Shown: piece after piece, positions 33,040 through 42,833 of the stretch
Layout: each line of letters starts with the position of its first letter
How positions within the stretch are numbered: position 1 is the first letter of the stretch
Assembly: GCA_900315045.1 (NCBI GenBank)
Contig: OMXR01000004.1
Coordinates: 26,136-90,135 of the forward strand
Length of the DNA stretch: 64,000 bases
Source of the DNA: an uncultured Sutterella sp.
Lineage (GTDB): Bacteria > Pseudomonadota > Gammaproteobacteria > Burkholderiales > Burkholderiaceae_F
Direction of reading: 5' to 3'
Translations under genes and position numbers: made by a program
Notes under the pieces: generated by a model
Seen by the model: only the letters and a program-made list of their open reading frames with translations
Database searches by the model: none
Told to the model about the DNA's origin: nothing

Positions 33040-33687
33040 ATGCCGATAGCCCGCGGAGTTATTGTTGTCGAGCCGGATCAAAGGCGAAGGATCCAGGCGA
33101 TCGCCCAGATCAAGCGCATCGCGGGCTACCCCGTCGTCTGCGCCTGCCAGGGCCGGCGCGACACGCTGCAAAAGCTGCGCGAGCCGATTGACTTTGCGCT
33201 TGTCAACATGCAGCTGCCCGACGGCAGCGGCGCCGATCTGATCCGCTTCATCCTGAAGAAAAATCCGCACTGCCGGGTGCTTGTCCTCACCGACGTCGCC
33301 GAAGAGAAAACCGTCATGCAGGCCGTGCTGGCCGGCGCATCGGGCTACATGCTCTTTGCCGATCAGGACCTTGACATCATCGCCTGCTTTGAGCTGATGG
33401 ACCGGGGCGGCTCGCCCATCAGCCAGGCTGTCTCCCAGTCCTTTCTGCGCGCGCTCGCCTGCCGGGGACAGGGCGGCTCGGCTCCCGCAGACTCTCCTCT
33501 CTCGGGCCGCGAGACCGAGGTGCTGCGGCTGATGGCGCGCGGAGCAAGCACCGAAGAGATCGGCCAGCTGCTTGCGCTCAGCCGGAACACGGTCATTTCG
33601 CACGCCAAGAGCATCTACCGCAAGCTTGACGTGCACTCCAGGGCCGAGGCTCTGGCAGCTGCCGCCTCAAGGCGTCTGCTCGGCTAA
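33040..33687 (+). CDS. LuxR/NarL-family transcriptional regulator with an atypical (pseudo-)receiver domain
   Basis: The C-terminal HTH is LSGRETEVLRLMARGASTEEIGQLLALSRNTVISHAKSIYRKL. The N-terminal receiver fold reads Asn (33205-33207) where the phospho-acceptor Asp is expected. Confidence 0.8.
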   Translation: MPIARGVIVVEPDQRRRIQAIAQIKRIAGYPVVCACQGRRDTLQKLREPIDFALVNMQLPDGSGADLIRFILKKNPHCRVLVLTDVAEEKTVMQAVLAGASGYMLFADQDLDIIACFELMDRGGSPISQAVSQSFLRALACRGQGGSAPADSPLSGRETEVLRLMARGASTEEIGQLLALSRNTVISHAKSIYRKLDVHSRAEALAAAASRRLLG

Positions 33688-33739
33688 TCCTCGCGCCGCG
33701 GGCGGCGTCCGCACAATCGCTCTTATAATCCCCGCCACT

Positions 33740-34732
33740 ATGACGAGTGCAAACATCACCACCAAGCAGGCCGTCCTTGCGGCTCTAGCTCCGATTGCGC
33801 CGGAAATGGCGCAGGTTGAAAAAATCATTGCCGAGCAGATGGAAAGCTCTGTTGCGCGTGTCCAGGAAATTGGCCTGTACATCACGGGAGCGGGCGGCAA
33901 GCGCATGCGTCCCGCGCTGCTCATCCTCATGGCCCGGGCCATGGGGGCCGATTCCGAGGCCGCCGCCTACCTTGGCGCCATCATCGAGATTCTGCATACC
34001 GCCACACTCATGCACGATGACGTCGTGGATGCGGGCGAGCAGCGCCGCGGGCGCGACACCGCCAACAAGATCTGGGGCAACGGCCAGGCCGTTCTGGTGG
34101 GAGACTTCCTCTACACGCGCTCGTTCCAGATGATGGTGCGCTTTGGCAATCTGCGCGTAATGCGGGCGCTTTCCGATGCCGCCAACCGGCTCTCCGAGGG
34201 AGAGGTGCTGCAGATGGCGGGCGCCCATGACCCCAATGTGGACGAGGCCCGGTACTTCGCCGTCATCGAGCGCAAGACGGCGTGCCTTTTCGAGGCTGCG
34301 GCGAAAATGGCGGCCGCCATCTCTCCGGCGACGCCTGAGATGGAGCGCGCCTGCGTCGACTACACGCTGCATCTTGGAAACGCCTTCCAGATCGTCGACG
34401 ACATTCTGGACTACGCCGGAAATGCGGATGAAACCGGGAAAAAACTCGGCGCCGATCTGCGCGAAGGCAAGGTGACGCTTCCCGTGATCTATGCCCTTGA
34501 AAACTGCTCGGATGAGGAGCGTGCAGTCATTGTCCAGGCCATCCGCGAGGGCGACGGGGATCTGCCCGCCGTGAGCCGCATCATCCGCTCGAGCGGCGCC
34601 CTTGACCGCTGCCGGGCGAAGGCTCTGGAGGAGGCCGAACTCGGGAAAGCGGCAATTTCTCGACTCCCCTCTGGACAATTCACGGAAAGTCTGATAAAGT
34701 TTCTGCTCTTCGCGGTTAACAGAGACCGTTAG
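33740..34732 (+). CDS. ispB: Octaprenyl-diphosphate synthase (long-chain trans-prenyl diphosphate synthase)
   Basis: It carries both DDxxD motifs (LMHDDVVD, FQIVDDILD) and GKRMRPAL. I place the start at ATG 33740. Confidence 0.9.
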   Translation: MTSANITTKQAVLAALAPIAPEMAQVEKIIAEQMESSVARVQEIGLYITGAGGKRMRPALLILMARAMGADSEAAAYLGAIIEILHTATLMHDDVVDAGEQRRGRDTANKIWGNGQAVLVGDFLYTRSFQMMVRFGNLRVMRALSDAANRLSEGEVLQMAGAHDPNVDEARYFAVIERKTACLFEAAAKMAAAISPATPEMERACVDYTLHLGNAFQIVDDILDYAGNADETGKKLGADLREGKVTLPVIYALENCSDEERAVIVQAIREGDGDLPAVSRIIRSSGALDRCRAKALEEAELGKAAISRLPSGQFTESLIKFLLFAVNRDR

Positions 34733-34743
34733 TTGCGAAGACT

Positions 34744-34820
34744 CGGGGTGTAGCTCAGCCTGGTAGAGTACTACGTTCGGGACGTAGGAGTCGAAGGTTC
34801 GAATCCTTTCACCCCGACCA
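34744..34820 (+). tRNA. tRNA-Pro (anticodon CGG)
   Basis: My manual cloverleaf gives acceptor CGGGGTG/CACCCCG (the C1:G72 pair typical of bacterial tRNA-Pro), anticodon loop TTCGGGA, T-loop TTCGAAT and an encoded CCA. Confidence 0.9.
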
Positions 34821-34828
34821 GGATTTCG

Positions 34829-34867
34829 GAAACGGCGGATTCAGTTTGAGTCCGCCGTTTCTTTTTG
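34829..34867 (+). terminator. Rho-independent terminator after tRNA-Pro(CGG)
   Basis: Perfect 11-bp stem GAAACGGCGGA/TCCGCCGTTTC followed by TTTTT. Confidence 0.85.
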
Positions 34868-34932
34868 TCCAGAATCCAGCTCTTGATGAAAGTGATTATC
34901 ATTCAGCTTCTTCACTTTCCGGAGGTTCCTTC

Positions 34933-35190
34933 ATGTACAAAATCACTGTCGGCGTTGACGGCATGGCCTGCAACATGTGCGAAAGCCATGTGAACGACGC
35001 CGTGCGCAAGGCTTTCGCCGTCAAGTCGGTCAAGTCCGACCACAAGGCAAAACGCACGGTCATCATCTCCGAAACACCCATTGCCGAAGAGGCGATCCGC
35101 TCTGCGATCGGGGCAACCGGCTACACGGTCACGTCCTTCAGCAGCGCTCCCTACGAGAAGCAGGGGCTCTTCGCCCGGCTGTTCGGGTAG
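34933..35190 (+). CDS. Heavy-metal-associated (HMA, CopZ-like) domain protein
   Basis: MYKITVGVDGMACNMCESHV has the MxCxxC metal-binding motif in a beta-alpha-beta-beta-alpha-beta-sized domain. GGAGG lies 7 nt upstream of the ATG. No P-type ATPase gene is adjacent. Confidence 0.75.
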   Translation: MYKITVGVDGMACNMCESHVNDAVRKAFAVKSVKSDHKAKRTVIISETPIAEEAIRSAIGATGYTVTSFSSAPYEKQGLFARLFG

Positions 35191-35301
35191 CCGCGCGCAC
35201 AGGGCCGCCCGATTTGGGACGCGCCCTGCGAACCCATTTTTTCCGATCCGACCTACAATAGGGGCATGGAGCAGGTTGGAACGCTCTTTGGAGACCAGGC
35301 C

Positions 35302-35922
35302 ATGACACTTCTGATCGGATTAACCGGCGGTATCGCCAGCGGAAAAACCACGGCAACAGATGCCTTTCGCGCTCTTGGCGTCACTGTGATTGATGCCGAC
35401 GAGATCTCCCGCGAGCTGACCGGCCCCGGGGGCAAGGCGCTTCCCGACATCGCCCTTGCGTTCGGCCCGGATACGATTGGCGTGCGCGGCATGAAGCGCG
35501 GGCTGATGCGCGAGACGGTGTTCTCGGAACCGGCCAAGCTGAAGAAACTCGAATCGATCCTGCATCCGCTCATCAAGCGCGAAATCTTCGAGCAGCTCAA
35601 GAAGCTGCACGAGCCGTACGTGATTCTCTCCGTTCCGCTTCTTGTCGAAAGCGGCAACTGGGCGCAGGCCGTCAGCCGCGTGCTTGTCATCGACGTCCCC
35701 GTCGACGAGCAGATCAACCGGCTGGTCTACGACCGGCATCTTGGCGAAGAGCAGGCCCGGGCGATTATCGCCTCTCAGGCAAGCCGCGCGGCGCGCCTTG
35801 CCGTTGCCGACGATGTGATCGACAACAACGGCAGCATTGAAGATCTCGTGGCCGCCGTCCAGGCGCTGCACGAAAAGTACACGGCGCTTGCCAAGGAAAA
35901 AGCCGCGCAAAAACAGTCATAA
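35302..35922 (+). CDS. coaE: Dephospho-CoA kinase
   Basis: LIGLTGGIASGKT P-loop and a typical CoaE body. I prefer the start at Met 35302 (upstream alternative at 35266). Confidence 0.9.
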   Translation: MTLLIGLTGGIASGKTTATDAFRALGVTVIDADEISRELTGPGGKALPDIALAFGPDTIGVRGMKRGLMRETVFSEPAKLKKLESILHPLIKREIFEQLKKLHEPYVILSVPLLVESGNWAQAVSRVLVIDVPVDEQINRLVYDRHLGEEQARAIIASQASRAARLAVADDVIDNNGSIEDLVAAVQALHEKYTALAKEKAAQKQS

Positions 35923-36000
35923 GCCAGCGCCGGTTCTCTTCAAACCGGGGAGCGGATGTGCTATCTTCTCCCCCACTCTCCAACTGCAGTGAGCGACACC

Positions 36001-36780
36001 ATGACAGCATCGCAAAGCATCATTTACGAGTTCCCATGCACCGAGAAAATTCGGATGTGCATGCGTCTTGAGCGCACGATGTCCCGCATGCGCTACTTCA
36101 TGGAGCAGCAGGATGAGCGCGCAGCCATGGTTGCAATGGATATTCTGTTCGAGCTGATCGACCTGACGACCCGCCCGGATCTGCGCAAGGATCTCATTCA
36201 GGAACTGCAGCGCATGAAGCAGAAGCTCTCCGGGAGCGATTGCCCGGCCTGCTTTGACGCGCCCCAGCATGAACTCTTTCTCGCACAAATCGACCTGGCG
36301 CTCTCGGCCCTGCTCGATCCCGATCCGACGATGAGAAGCCCCCAGTCGCTGCGGGACAACGACTGGCTGAGCACGGTCCGCACACGCTCGCAAATCCCTG
36401 GCGGCTGCTGCGGATTTGACCTGCCCAGCCTACAGTTCTGGCTGAGCCGCCCGTTTGAGGTGCGCCACGAACAGTTCCGCAAATGGCTTCGGGGCATGAC
36501 GCCCATCAAGCTCGCGATCGATTGCATCCTTGACGTCCTTCGCAGCTCCGTCGCCGTTCAGCACTGCGAGGCCAAGGCGGGCAATTTCAACCTTCCCGTA
36601 CCCGGCGCAATCAACTGGGCGATCGTGCAGATCGCCCTGCCGCCTGAATCAACGCATATTCCGGAAGTGAGCGTGAACAAGTTCTTGCTTTGGATCCACT
36701 TTCTGGATTCCAGCGAACGGATGAAGACGCCCCCATCCAGGGATGACTTCGAGTTTGATCTTGGCATCTGCGGCATCTAG
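36001..36780 (+). CDS. zapD: Cell division protein ZapD
   Basis: IIYEFPCTEKIRMCMRLE resembles the ZapD N-terminus (E. coli ...LFEHPLNEKMRTWLRIE). The coaE-zapD-yacG neighbourhood is canonical. Confidence 0.75.
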   Translation: MTASQSIIYEFPCTEKIRMCMRLERTMSRMRYFMEQQDERAAMVAMDILFELIDLTTRPDLRKDLIQELQRMKQKLSGSDCPACFDAPQHELFLAQIDLALSALLDPDPTMRSPQSLRDNDWLSTVRTRSQIPGGCCGFDLPSLQFWLSRPFEVRHEQFRKWLRGMTPIKLAIDCILDVLRSSVAVQHCEAKAGNFNLPVPGAINWAIVQIALPPESTHIPEVSVNKFLLWIHFLDSSERMKTPPSRDDFEFDLGICGI

Positions 36781-36792
36781 GAAGACACGGCC

Positions 36793-37011
36793 ATGATGAT
36801 GACCTGCCCGACCTGCGGCAAGAAGATTCCCTACGACAAGAGCAATCCCTGGCGGCCCTTTTGCTGCGAGCGCTGCAAAATGATCGATCTAGGCCACTGG
36901 GCCGCAGGCGACTATCTCATCCAGGGCGCCCCGGGATCGGCCGATCCGAAATTTGTCGAGGAGGAACTGGAGCGCATGCAGCGCGAAGCCGAGGAAAAGG
37001 CGCGCAGATAG
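36793..37011 (+). CDS. yacG: DNA gyrase inhibitor YacG (zinc finger)
   Basis: CPTCGKK...PFCCERCKMIDLGHWA matches the YacG zinc-ribbon signature. Confidence 0.85.
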   Translation: MMMTCPTCGKKIPYDKSNPWRPFCCERCKMIDLGHWAAGDYLIQGAPGSADPKFVEEELERMQREAEEKARR

Positions 37012-37024
37012 CGCAATCCGTTCA

Positions 37025-37714
37025 TCAGCCGTCAATCACGATGCCGTGCGCCCCGAGCTCTCTCGCACTCGTGAGTTCGCTCTCATCGCATGCCGGGAAA
37101 TAGACGGGAACCGGACTGCGCCAGGCGACCTCCCGCCCAGCATCAAGCAACGCAAATTGAGAGCCTTCCGGGATCTCCCAGCGGGCATTCTCCGGATGCG
37201 GTACCGCAGTCCCCGCGACCCCGTCAATCACAGGCCTGCCGTCAGAGTCAAAACGCCAATCCCGGACAATCTGCGGCATGTGCAGCGAGCGCACCATCTG
37301 CGCCACTTTGGGAAGGAGCTGCACTCCGCGCGGAATGTCTCCGAAGTCAAACCACCGGAACATCTGACCCTCGCGCGCCTGCAGCGTTCCCTCGTGGGCA
37401 AATATCCGATAGATGTGCAGTCGCACATAAGCGTGGGGATAATCGTTTTCGAGCGCGAGCCAGGGCATGCAGCAGCCGATGCGCACGCCAAGCTCTTCAA
37501 GGAACTCGCGCTCCAGGCACTCAAGCGGCGTTTCTCCCCGCTCGAGCTTGCCGCCGAGACAAGCGTGACGGGACGAGTCACCTTGGGCTTCACCTGCCGG
37601 AGGCGCCAAGTGCGGCTCTGCCGGCAAAACTGCGGGCGAACTGCACGGCCACGCGGCCGCTTCTGCCGCCGCGCTGGATGGCGAACTGCGTCGCCTCGAG
37701 CCGCGTGTTTTCAT
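37025..37714 (-). CDS. Nudix hydrolase (MutT-like) with degenerate N-terminus and a remnant C-terminal ThiE-like region; start codon uncertain, possibly a pseudogene
   Basis: The Nudix box is GGKLERGETPLECLEREFLEELGV. Only ~11 codons lie between the upstream gene's stop (37590) and the box. The remainder of the ORF overlaps the DUF815 gene out of frame. Confidence 0.5.
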   Translation of the reverse strand: MKTRGSRRRSSPSSAAAEAAAWPCSSPAVLPAEPHLAPPAGEAQGDSSRHACLGGKLERGETPLECLEREFLEELGVRIGCCMPWLALENDYPHAYVRLHIYRIFAHEGTLQAREGQMFRWFDFGDIPRGVQLLPKVAQMVRSLHMPQIVRDWRFDSDGRPVIDGVAGTAVPHPENARWEIPEGSQFALLDAGREVAWRSPVPVYFPACDESELTSARELGAHGIVIDG

Positions 37715-38480
37715 CCTCGATCAGATGGGCTGGCGTGCCAAGCGCTTCAAGCGTGCCGCGAACAACCGCTAGGTACTCGTCCTGCGTGAACGGATAGAAC
37801 GACAGCCACAGGCCGAAGCGCTCGGCAAGCGAGAGCTTCTCCTCAAGGAGCTCCCCCGGGTGCAGCTCGCCCTCAGCGTCGAGCCTCGCTCCGTCATTGT
37901 CGGTCACGGGCTCGGGCATCAGATGCCGCCTGTTGCTGGTTGCGTAGATCACGATGTTGTCGCCGCCCGAGGCAACCGAGCCGTCCAAAGCCGCCTTGAG
38001 GGCCTTGTAGCCGCCCTCTCCCAGCTCAAAGGACAGATCGTCACAAAAGAGAATGAATTTCTCCGGACGGCCCGCAACAGCCTTCACGATATCCGCCAAG
38101 TCGCGCAGATCCTCCTTGGAGACCTCAATGAGCCGCAGCCCCTCAGGATAAAAGCGCGTCAGGCAGCCACGGATGAGCGAGCTCTTGCCCGTGCCGCGCG
38201 CCCCCGTGAGGAGCACATTGTTCGCCGGCAGCCCCTTCACGAACTGCTCAGTGTTGCTCACAATCTGCTCCTTTTGCTGCTCGACGTGCAACAGCCGGTC
38301 AAGATCCACGGAGGCAAAACTTGCTACCGGCTCAAGCCGGCCCACCTGGGTGCCGAAACACACGCGCGTCACCCAGCGGTAGGCCGGGGCGCTCCAGTCA
38401 ATATCCCGATTGCTCTCGGGGAGCATCGAGCTGATCCGCTCGAGCACCTCGACAAGCAGCTTTTCCGTCGTTTCGTTCAC
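37590..38480 (-). CDS. DUF815-type AAA ATPase
   Basis: Walker A LLTGARGTGKSS, Walker B ILFCDDLSFE and the C-terminal ...QRGGRSGRVAVQF typical of this family (from memory). Confidence 0.8.
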   Translation of the reverse strand: MNETTEKLLVEVLERISSMLPESNRDIDWSAPAYRWVTRVCFGTQVGRLEPVASFASVDLDRLLHVEQQKEQIVSNTEQFVKGLPANNVLLTGARGTGKSSLIRGCLTRFYPEGLRLIEVSKEDLRDLADIVKAVAGRPEKFILFCDDLSFELGEGGYKALKAALDGSVASGGDNIVIYATSNRRHLMPEPVTDNDGARLDAEGELHPGELLEEKLSLAERFGLWLSFYPFTQDEYLAVVRGTLEALGTPAHLIEDENTRLEATQFAIQRGGRSGRVAVQFARSFAGRAALGASGR

Positions 38481-38508
38481 TTCCGCGGTCTCCTTTGCTG
38501 AAGGGCAA

Positions 38509-41175
38509 TCAGCTCAGCTTGCCGTGGCAGTCCTTGAAGCGCTTTCCGGAGCCGCAGGGGCAGGGATCATTGCGGCCGACATGCGAAAAGTCAATCGGGC
38601 TCTGCTCTTCGCCCTCATCGGCCCCGTCAGCAGACTGCGCAGCGGGCACCTGAACGCTTTCCTCATCGGGCATCTGGATCTGAACGTGCATCAGCACGCG
38701 GCACAGGCCTTCGCGCACGCGGTCAAGCAGCGTTTCGAACATCGAGAACGCCTCGCGCTTGTACTCCTGCTTGGGCTGCTTCTGACCGTAGCTGCGCAGG
38801 TAGATGCCCTGGCGCAGAGCGTCGAGCGCCGTGATGTGCTGGCGCCACGCGGTATCGAGAACCTGCAGCAGAACCTGGCGGCCGAAGCCGACCCAAGCCT
38901 CGTGTCCGACAAGCTCCTCCTTCTGGTCGGCAATGCCGTTGGCGGTTTCCAGAAGCTTGGCAAGCAGATCCTCGTCCGTGAGGTTGTTGTCCGCATCGAG
39001 CATCTGCTTCATCGGAATGTCGATGCCCCACTCAGCCTTGAGCGTGCTGCAGAGCCCCTCAAGGTCCCACTGCTCCTCAACCGTATCGGGCGGAACGCTG
39101 GCGCGGAACAGATCCGTGAAATACCCTTCGCGCAGATCCTTGAGCATCGGTCCGATGTCGGTGGACTCGAGGATTTCATTGCGCAGACGGTAGATTTCGC
39201 GGCGCTGGTCGTTCTGAACGTCGTCGAACTCAAGCAGCTGCTTGCGGATGTCGTAGTTGTGCCCCTCGACCTTTCTCTGGGCGCTCTCGATCATGCGCGT
39301 GAGCATCTTCGACTCAATCGCCATGCCATGCTCAAGCTTGAGCTTGTCGGCGATTGCGCGCATGCGGTCGCCGCCGAAGATGCGCAGCAGCTGATCCTCC
39401 ATCGAGAGGTAGAACACGGAGCTGCCCGGGTCGCCCTGACGGCCGGAGCGGCCGCGCAGCTGGTTGTCGATGCGGCGGGACTCGTGGCGCTCGCTGCCGA
39501 TGATGCGAAGACCGCCTGCGGCGACAACCTGGTCATGGAGTTTCTGCCACTCTGCCCGGATCTGCTCGATGCGTGCCTTCTTCTGCTCGTCGTTCAGAGA
39601 AGCATCAGCCTTCACCTCGTCGATCTGCTTGTTGATGCCGCCGCCAAGCACGATGTCGGTTCCGCGGCCAGCCATGTTCGTGGCAATGGTCACGACGCCG
39701 GGCCGGCCGGCTTCCAGAATGATCTGCGCCTCGCGCTCGTGCTGCTTGGCATTGAGCACGTTGTGGACGATGCCCTCCTTGTCAAGAAGCTTGGATAGTC
39801 GTTCGGAATTTTCGATCGAGGTCGTGCCCACTAGCACCGGCTGCTGGCGCGTGCGGCACTCCTTGATGTCCTCGACGATCGCGGCGTACTTCTCCTGCTC
39901 CGTGCGGAAGACCTTGTCCTGAGCGTCCACGCGGATCATCTTGCGGTGCGTCGGGATCACGACGGTTTCCAGGCCGTAGATGTCCTGGAACTCATAGGCC
40001 TCGGTATCTGCCGTGCCGGTCATGCCCGCGAGCTTCTTGTACATGCGGAAGAAGTTCTGGAACGTGATCGAAGCCATCGTCTGGTTTTCCTGCTGGACCT
40101 CGACGCCTTCCTTGGCTTCCACGGCCTGGTGCAGGCCGTCGGACCAGCGGCGCCCCGGCATCAGGCGGCCGGTGAATTCGTCAACGATGATCACTTCACC
40201 GTTCTGGACCACATAGTGCTGATCGCGGTTGAAGAGCGTGTGCGCCCTGAGCGCGGCATTCAGGTGGTGCAGCAGGATGATGTTCTGGGGCGAATACAGG
40301 CTCGTGCCGTCCTTGATGAGGCCGCGCTCGGTGAGGATCCTCTCGATGTTCTCGTGCCCCTTCTCGGAGATGTACACCTGGTGCTGCTTTTCATCCACCC
40401 AGTAGTCACCGTCGCCCTTTTCATCGGCCTGGCGGGTCAGAAGGGCCGGGATGTCGTTGATCACGCGATACAGATCGGTGTTGTCGTCGGCAGCGCCGGA
40501 GATGATGAGCGGAGTCCGGGCCTCGTCGATGAGAATCGAGTCCACTTCGTCGACGATGGCGTAGTAAAGGCCTCTCTGGCGCCTGGCGGCAACGTCGTAC
40601 TCCATGTTGTCGCGCAGGTAGTCAAAGCCGAATTCGTTGTTCGTGCCGTACGTGATGTCGGCCGCATACGCCGAGATCTTCTCCTCGTTGGGCTGCTGGG
40701 AGAGAATCGTGCCCACGCTCATGCCGAGGAAGTTGTAGAGCGCCCCCATCCACTTGGCATCGCGGCTGGCAAGGTAGTCGTTGACCGTCACCACGTGGCA
40801 GCCCTTGCCGGGCAGCGCGTTCAGATACACGGCAAGCGTAGCGGTGAGCGTCTTGCCTTCGCCCGTTCGCATTTCGGCAATCTTGCCGTCGTTCAGAACC
40901 ATGCCGCCGATCAGCTGCACGTCAAAGTGGCGCATGCCGAGGACGCGCACGCTCGCCTCGCGCACCACGGCAAACGCTTCGGGCAGCAGAGCCTGCAGAT
41001 CCTCGCCCTTCTCAAGCCGCTCGCGGAACTCGACAGTCTTGTGCTTGAGCTGCTCGTCGGTGAGCTTTTGCATCTCAGGCTCAAGCGCGTTGATCTGCGC
41101 GCATTTGCGTCGGTATTGCTTAACAAGGCGGTCGTTGCGGCTGCCGAAAATTTTGGTCAGTACAGAATCAAACAT
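38509..41175 (-). CDS. secA: Preprotein translocase ATPase SecA
   Basis: [23 protein letters not shown]..., DEAD-like motor motifs and the C-terminal zinc motif [15 protein letters not shown] place the start at Met 41175. Confidence 0.98.
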   Translation of the reverse strand: MFDSVLTKIFGSRNDRLVKQYRRKCAQINALEPEMQKLTDEQLKHKTVEFRERLEKGEDLQALLPEAFAVVREASVRVLGMRHFDVQLIGGMVLNDGKIAEMRTGEGKTLTATLAVYLNALPGKGCHVVTVNDYLASRDAKWMGALYNFLGMSVGTILSQQPNEEKISAYAADITYGTNNEFGFDYLRDNMEYDVAARRQRGLYYAIVDEVDSILIDEARTPLIISGAADDNTDLYRVINDIPALLTRQADEKGDGDYWVDEKQHQVYISEKGHENIERILTERGLIKDGTSLYSPQNIILLHHLNAALRAHTLFNRDQHYVVQNGEVIIVDEFTGRLMPGRRWSDGLHQAVEAKEGVEVQQENQTMASITFQNFFRMYKKLAGMTGTADTEAYEFQDIYGLETVVIPTHRKMIRVDAQDKVFRTEQEKYAAIVEDIKECRTRQQPVLVGTTSIENSERLSKLLDKEGIVHNVLNAKQHEREAQIILEAGRPGVVTIATNMAGRGTDIVLGGGINKQIDEVKADASLNDEQKKARIEQIRAEWQKLHDQVVAAGGLRIIGSERHESRRIDNQLRGRSGRQGDPGSSVFYLSMEDQLLRIFGGDRMRAIADKLKLEHGMAIESKMLTRMIESAQRKVEGHNYDIRKQLLEFDDVQNDQRREIYRLRNEILESTDIGPMLKDLREGYFTDLFRASVPPDTVEEQWDLEGLCSTLKAEWGIDIPMKQMLDADNNLTDEDLLAKLLETANGIADQKEELVGHEAWVGFGRQVLLQVLDTAWRQHITALDALRQGIYLRSYGQKQPKQEYKREAFSMFETLLDRVREGLCRVLMHVQIQMPDEESVQVPAAQSADGADEGEEQSPIDFSHVGRNDPCPCGSGKRFKDCHGKLS

Positions 41176-41427
41176 CTCAGGATCACTACTATCAGAGAAT
41201 CCCCTGCTCATGCGAAAGCAGGGACGCAAAAAAGGGGCGCTTGCCCGTTCAGTTTCGGGAGCACCGGAGACAATCGGCGGATTATGGCACAGATAAGGCC
41301 TGCGGGGAGCCCCAAAACGAAAGCAGTTACAGAGGCTTACAGCCAGGCGGACGGCCGCGCCGGGTTACGCACGCAGGACAGGCACCCGCTCGCCCCTATA
41401 ATCGCGCTGAGGAACAGACGCCCGGCC

Positions 41428-41928
41428 ATGAGATACGCGAACGACAGAATTACCCGCAACCGCTGGATGACAGCCAGCCGCAGCCTGAACGAAGCCCCAA
41501 GGGATCGTGCATTCGGTCTGGCTGAGCAGCTCCACGCCTCAAGGCTCGTCGCCCGGGCTCTTCACGCTGCGCTCAAAGGGTACCACATCGGGGTGGACTT
41601 CTCCGATACCGCCAATGTCCACGTCACTGCCGACAAGGTGATCCTCTATGTCCGCACACCCGGACAGAAAAGCAAGCTGAGGCAGCTGATGCGGCGCATC
41701 GAGAACGCCATCGCCCAGACGGGGCTCGTCCGCTTGCTCGACATTCAAGTGAGGCCGGTGAACGCAACGATCCCGGAAAGCGCCCTGCCCAAGGGCGAGC
41801 CGCGCAAGGGCTCCAGGCAAAGCGCGGAGAGCATTGAAAAAGCCGCCCAGTCCCTTCCCGAAGACTCGTCCCTCAGAAAGAAACTCGAGCGGCTTGCCAG
41901 AACGCTGAGGCAAATCGCCGAAGACTGA
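41428..41928 (+). CDS. DUF721-like protein (position-conserved gene between secA and lpxC)
   Basis: 166-aa ORF divergent from secA. The central segment (VHVTADKVILYVRTPGQKSKLRQL...) fits my memory of DUF721. The upstream part of the long track ORF is a shadow of secA. Confidence 0.5.
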   Translation: MRYANDRITRNRWMTASRSLNEAPRDRAFGLAEQLHASRLVARALHAALKGYHIGVDFSDTANVHVTADKVILYVRTPGQKSKLRQLMRRIENAIAQTGLVRLLDIQVRPVNATIPESALPKGEPRKGSRQSAESIEKAAQSLPEDSSLRKKLERLARTLRQIAED

Positions 41929-41934
41929 TCTGCG

Positions 41935-42822
41935 CTACGCGAGCCAGGGCACTTCCCGCTCGTCGGCCGGCCCCATCGACCAGGCATCTTCATCCTCAAT
42001 CAGAGCCCGCAGCAGCCTGTTGTTCAAGCCATGACCGGACTTGCTCGCGCTGTAGCGGGCAAGGAGCGGATGCCCCAGGACATACAGGTCGCCCATTGCA
42101 TCAAGCATTTTGTGGCGGACGAATTCAGCCTCGTTGCGAAGGCCCTCCGGATTCACAATTCCCTTCTCGTCCACGGCAACCGCGTTTTGCAGGGAGCCGC
42201 CCTGGATCAGTCCCATGGCGCGCAGCTTGTCAAAATCGGACACGAATCCGAAGGTGCGATTCACGGCAATCTTGTCGCTGTAGTCGTCCCTGGCGGCGTC
42301 AAACTGATCGCGCTGAGGCGTTGCGTCAATCACCGGATGGTGAAAATCAATCGAAAAGTCGACAATGAAGCCGCTGTAAGGTTCAAGCTGCGCCCACTTG
42401 TCGCCCTCCTCGACACGAATGGTCTTGTCAACGCGCACGAAAATCCGATCATCGTCCTGCCGCTTGATTCCGGCCTCGCGGATCATGCCGACAAAATCGG
42501 CCGCCGATCCGTCCATGATGGGAATTTCCTGCGCATCGACGTCAACAACCGCATTGTCGATCCCAAGGCCGTTGAACGCACTCATCAGATGCTCGATCGT
42601 CGAGACAAAGACCGGGCCGACATTGAGCGTGGTGGCAAGGCGCGTGTCATTGACATTCTCCGGACGGGCGGGCAGCTCCACCACCGGATCGCAATCGACG
42701 CGGCGAAAGACAATCCCCTTGTTCACGCCTGCCGGACGGAGCGTCAACGTAATCTTTCTGCCCGAGTGAAGGCCGACGCCAACCCTTGTGACTTCTTTTG
42801 CAAGGGTACGCTGAACAATCAT
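41935..42822 (-). CDS. lpxC: UDP-3-O-acyl-N-acetylglucosamine deacetylase
   Basis: MIVQRTLAKEVTRVGVGLHSGRKITLTLRPA...TIEHLMSA...HKMLDAMGDL. Confidence 0.96.
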   Translation of the reverse strand: MIVQRTLAKEVTRVGVGLHSGRKITLTLRPAGVNKGIVFRRVDCDPVVELPARPENVNDTRLATTLNVGPVFVSTIEHLMSAFNGLGIDNAVVDVDAQEIPIMDGSAADFVGMIREAGIKRQDDDRIFVRVDKTIRVEEGDKWAQLEPYSGFIVDFSIDFHHPVIDATPQRDQFDAARDDYSDKIAVNRTFGFVSDFDKLRAMGLIQGGSLQNAVAVDEKGIVNPEGLRNEAEFVRHKMLDAMGDLYVLGHPLLARYSASKSGHGLNNRLLRALIEDEDAWSMGPADEREVPWLA

Positions 42823-42833
42823 CTCCCGCTCCT

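Noticed and set aside
39946-41427. The long 660-aa plus-strand ORF 39946-41928 taken as one gene.
   Set aside because: Its first ~490 codons are antisense to secA. Only the last 166 codons (from ATG 41428), which lie in the secA-lpxC intergenic space, are treated as a real DUF721-like gene.
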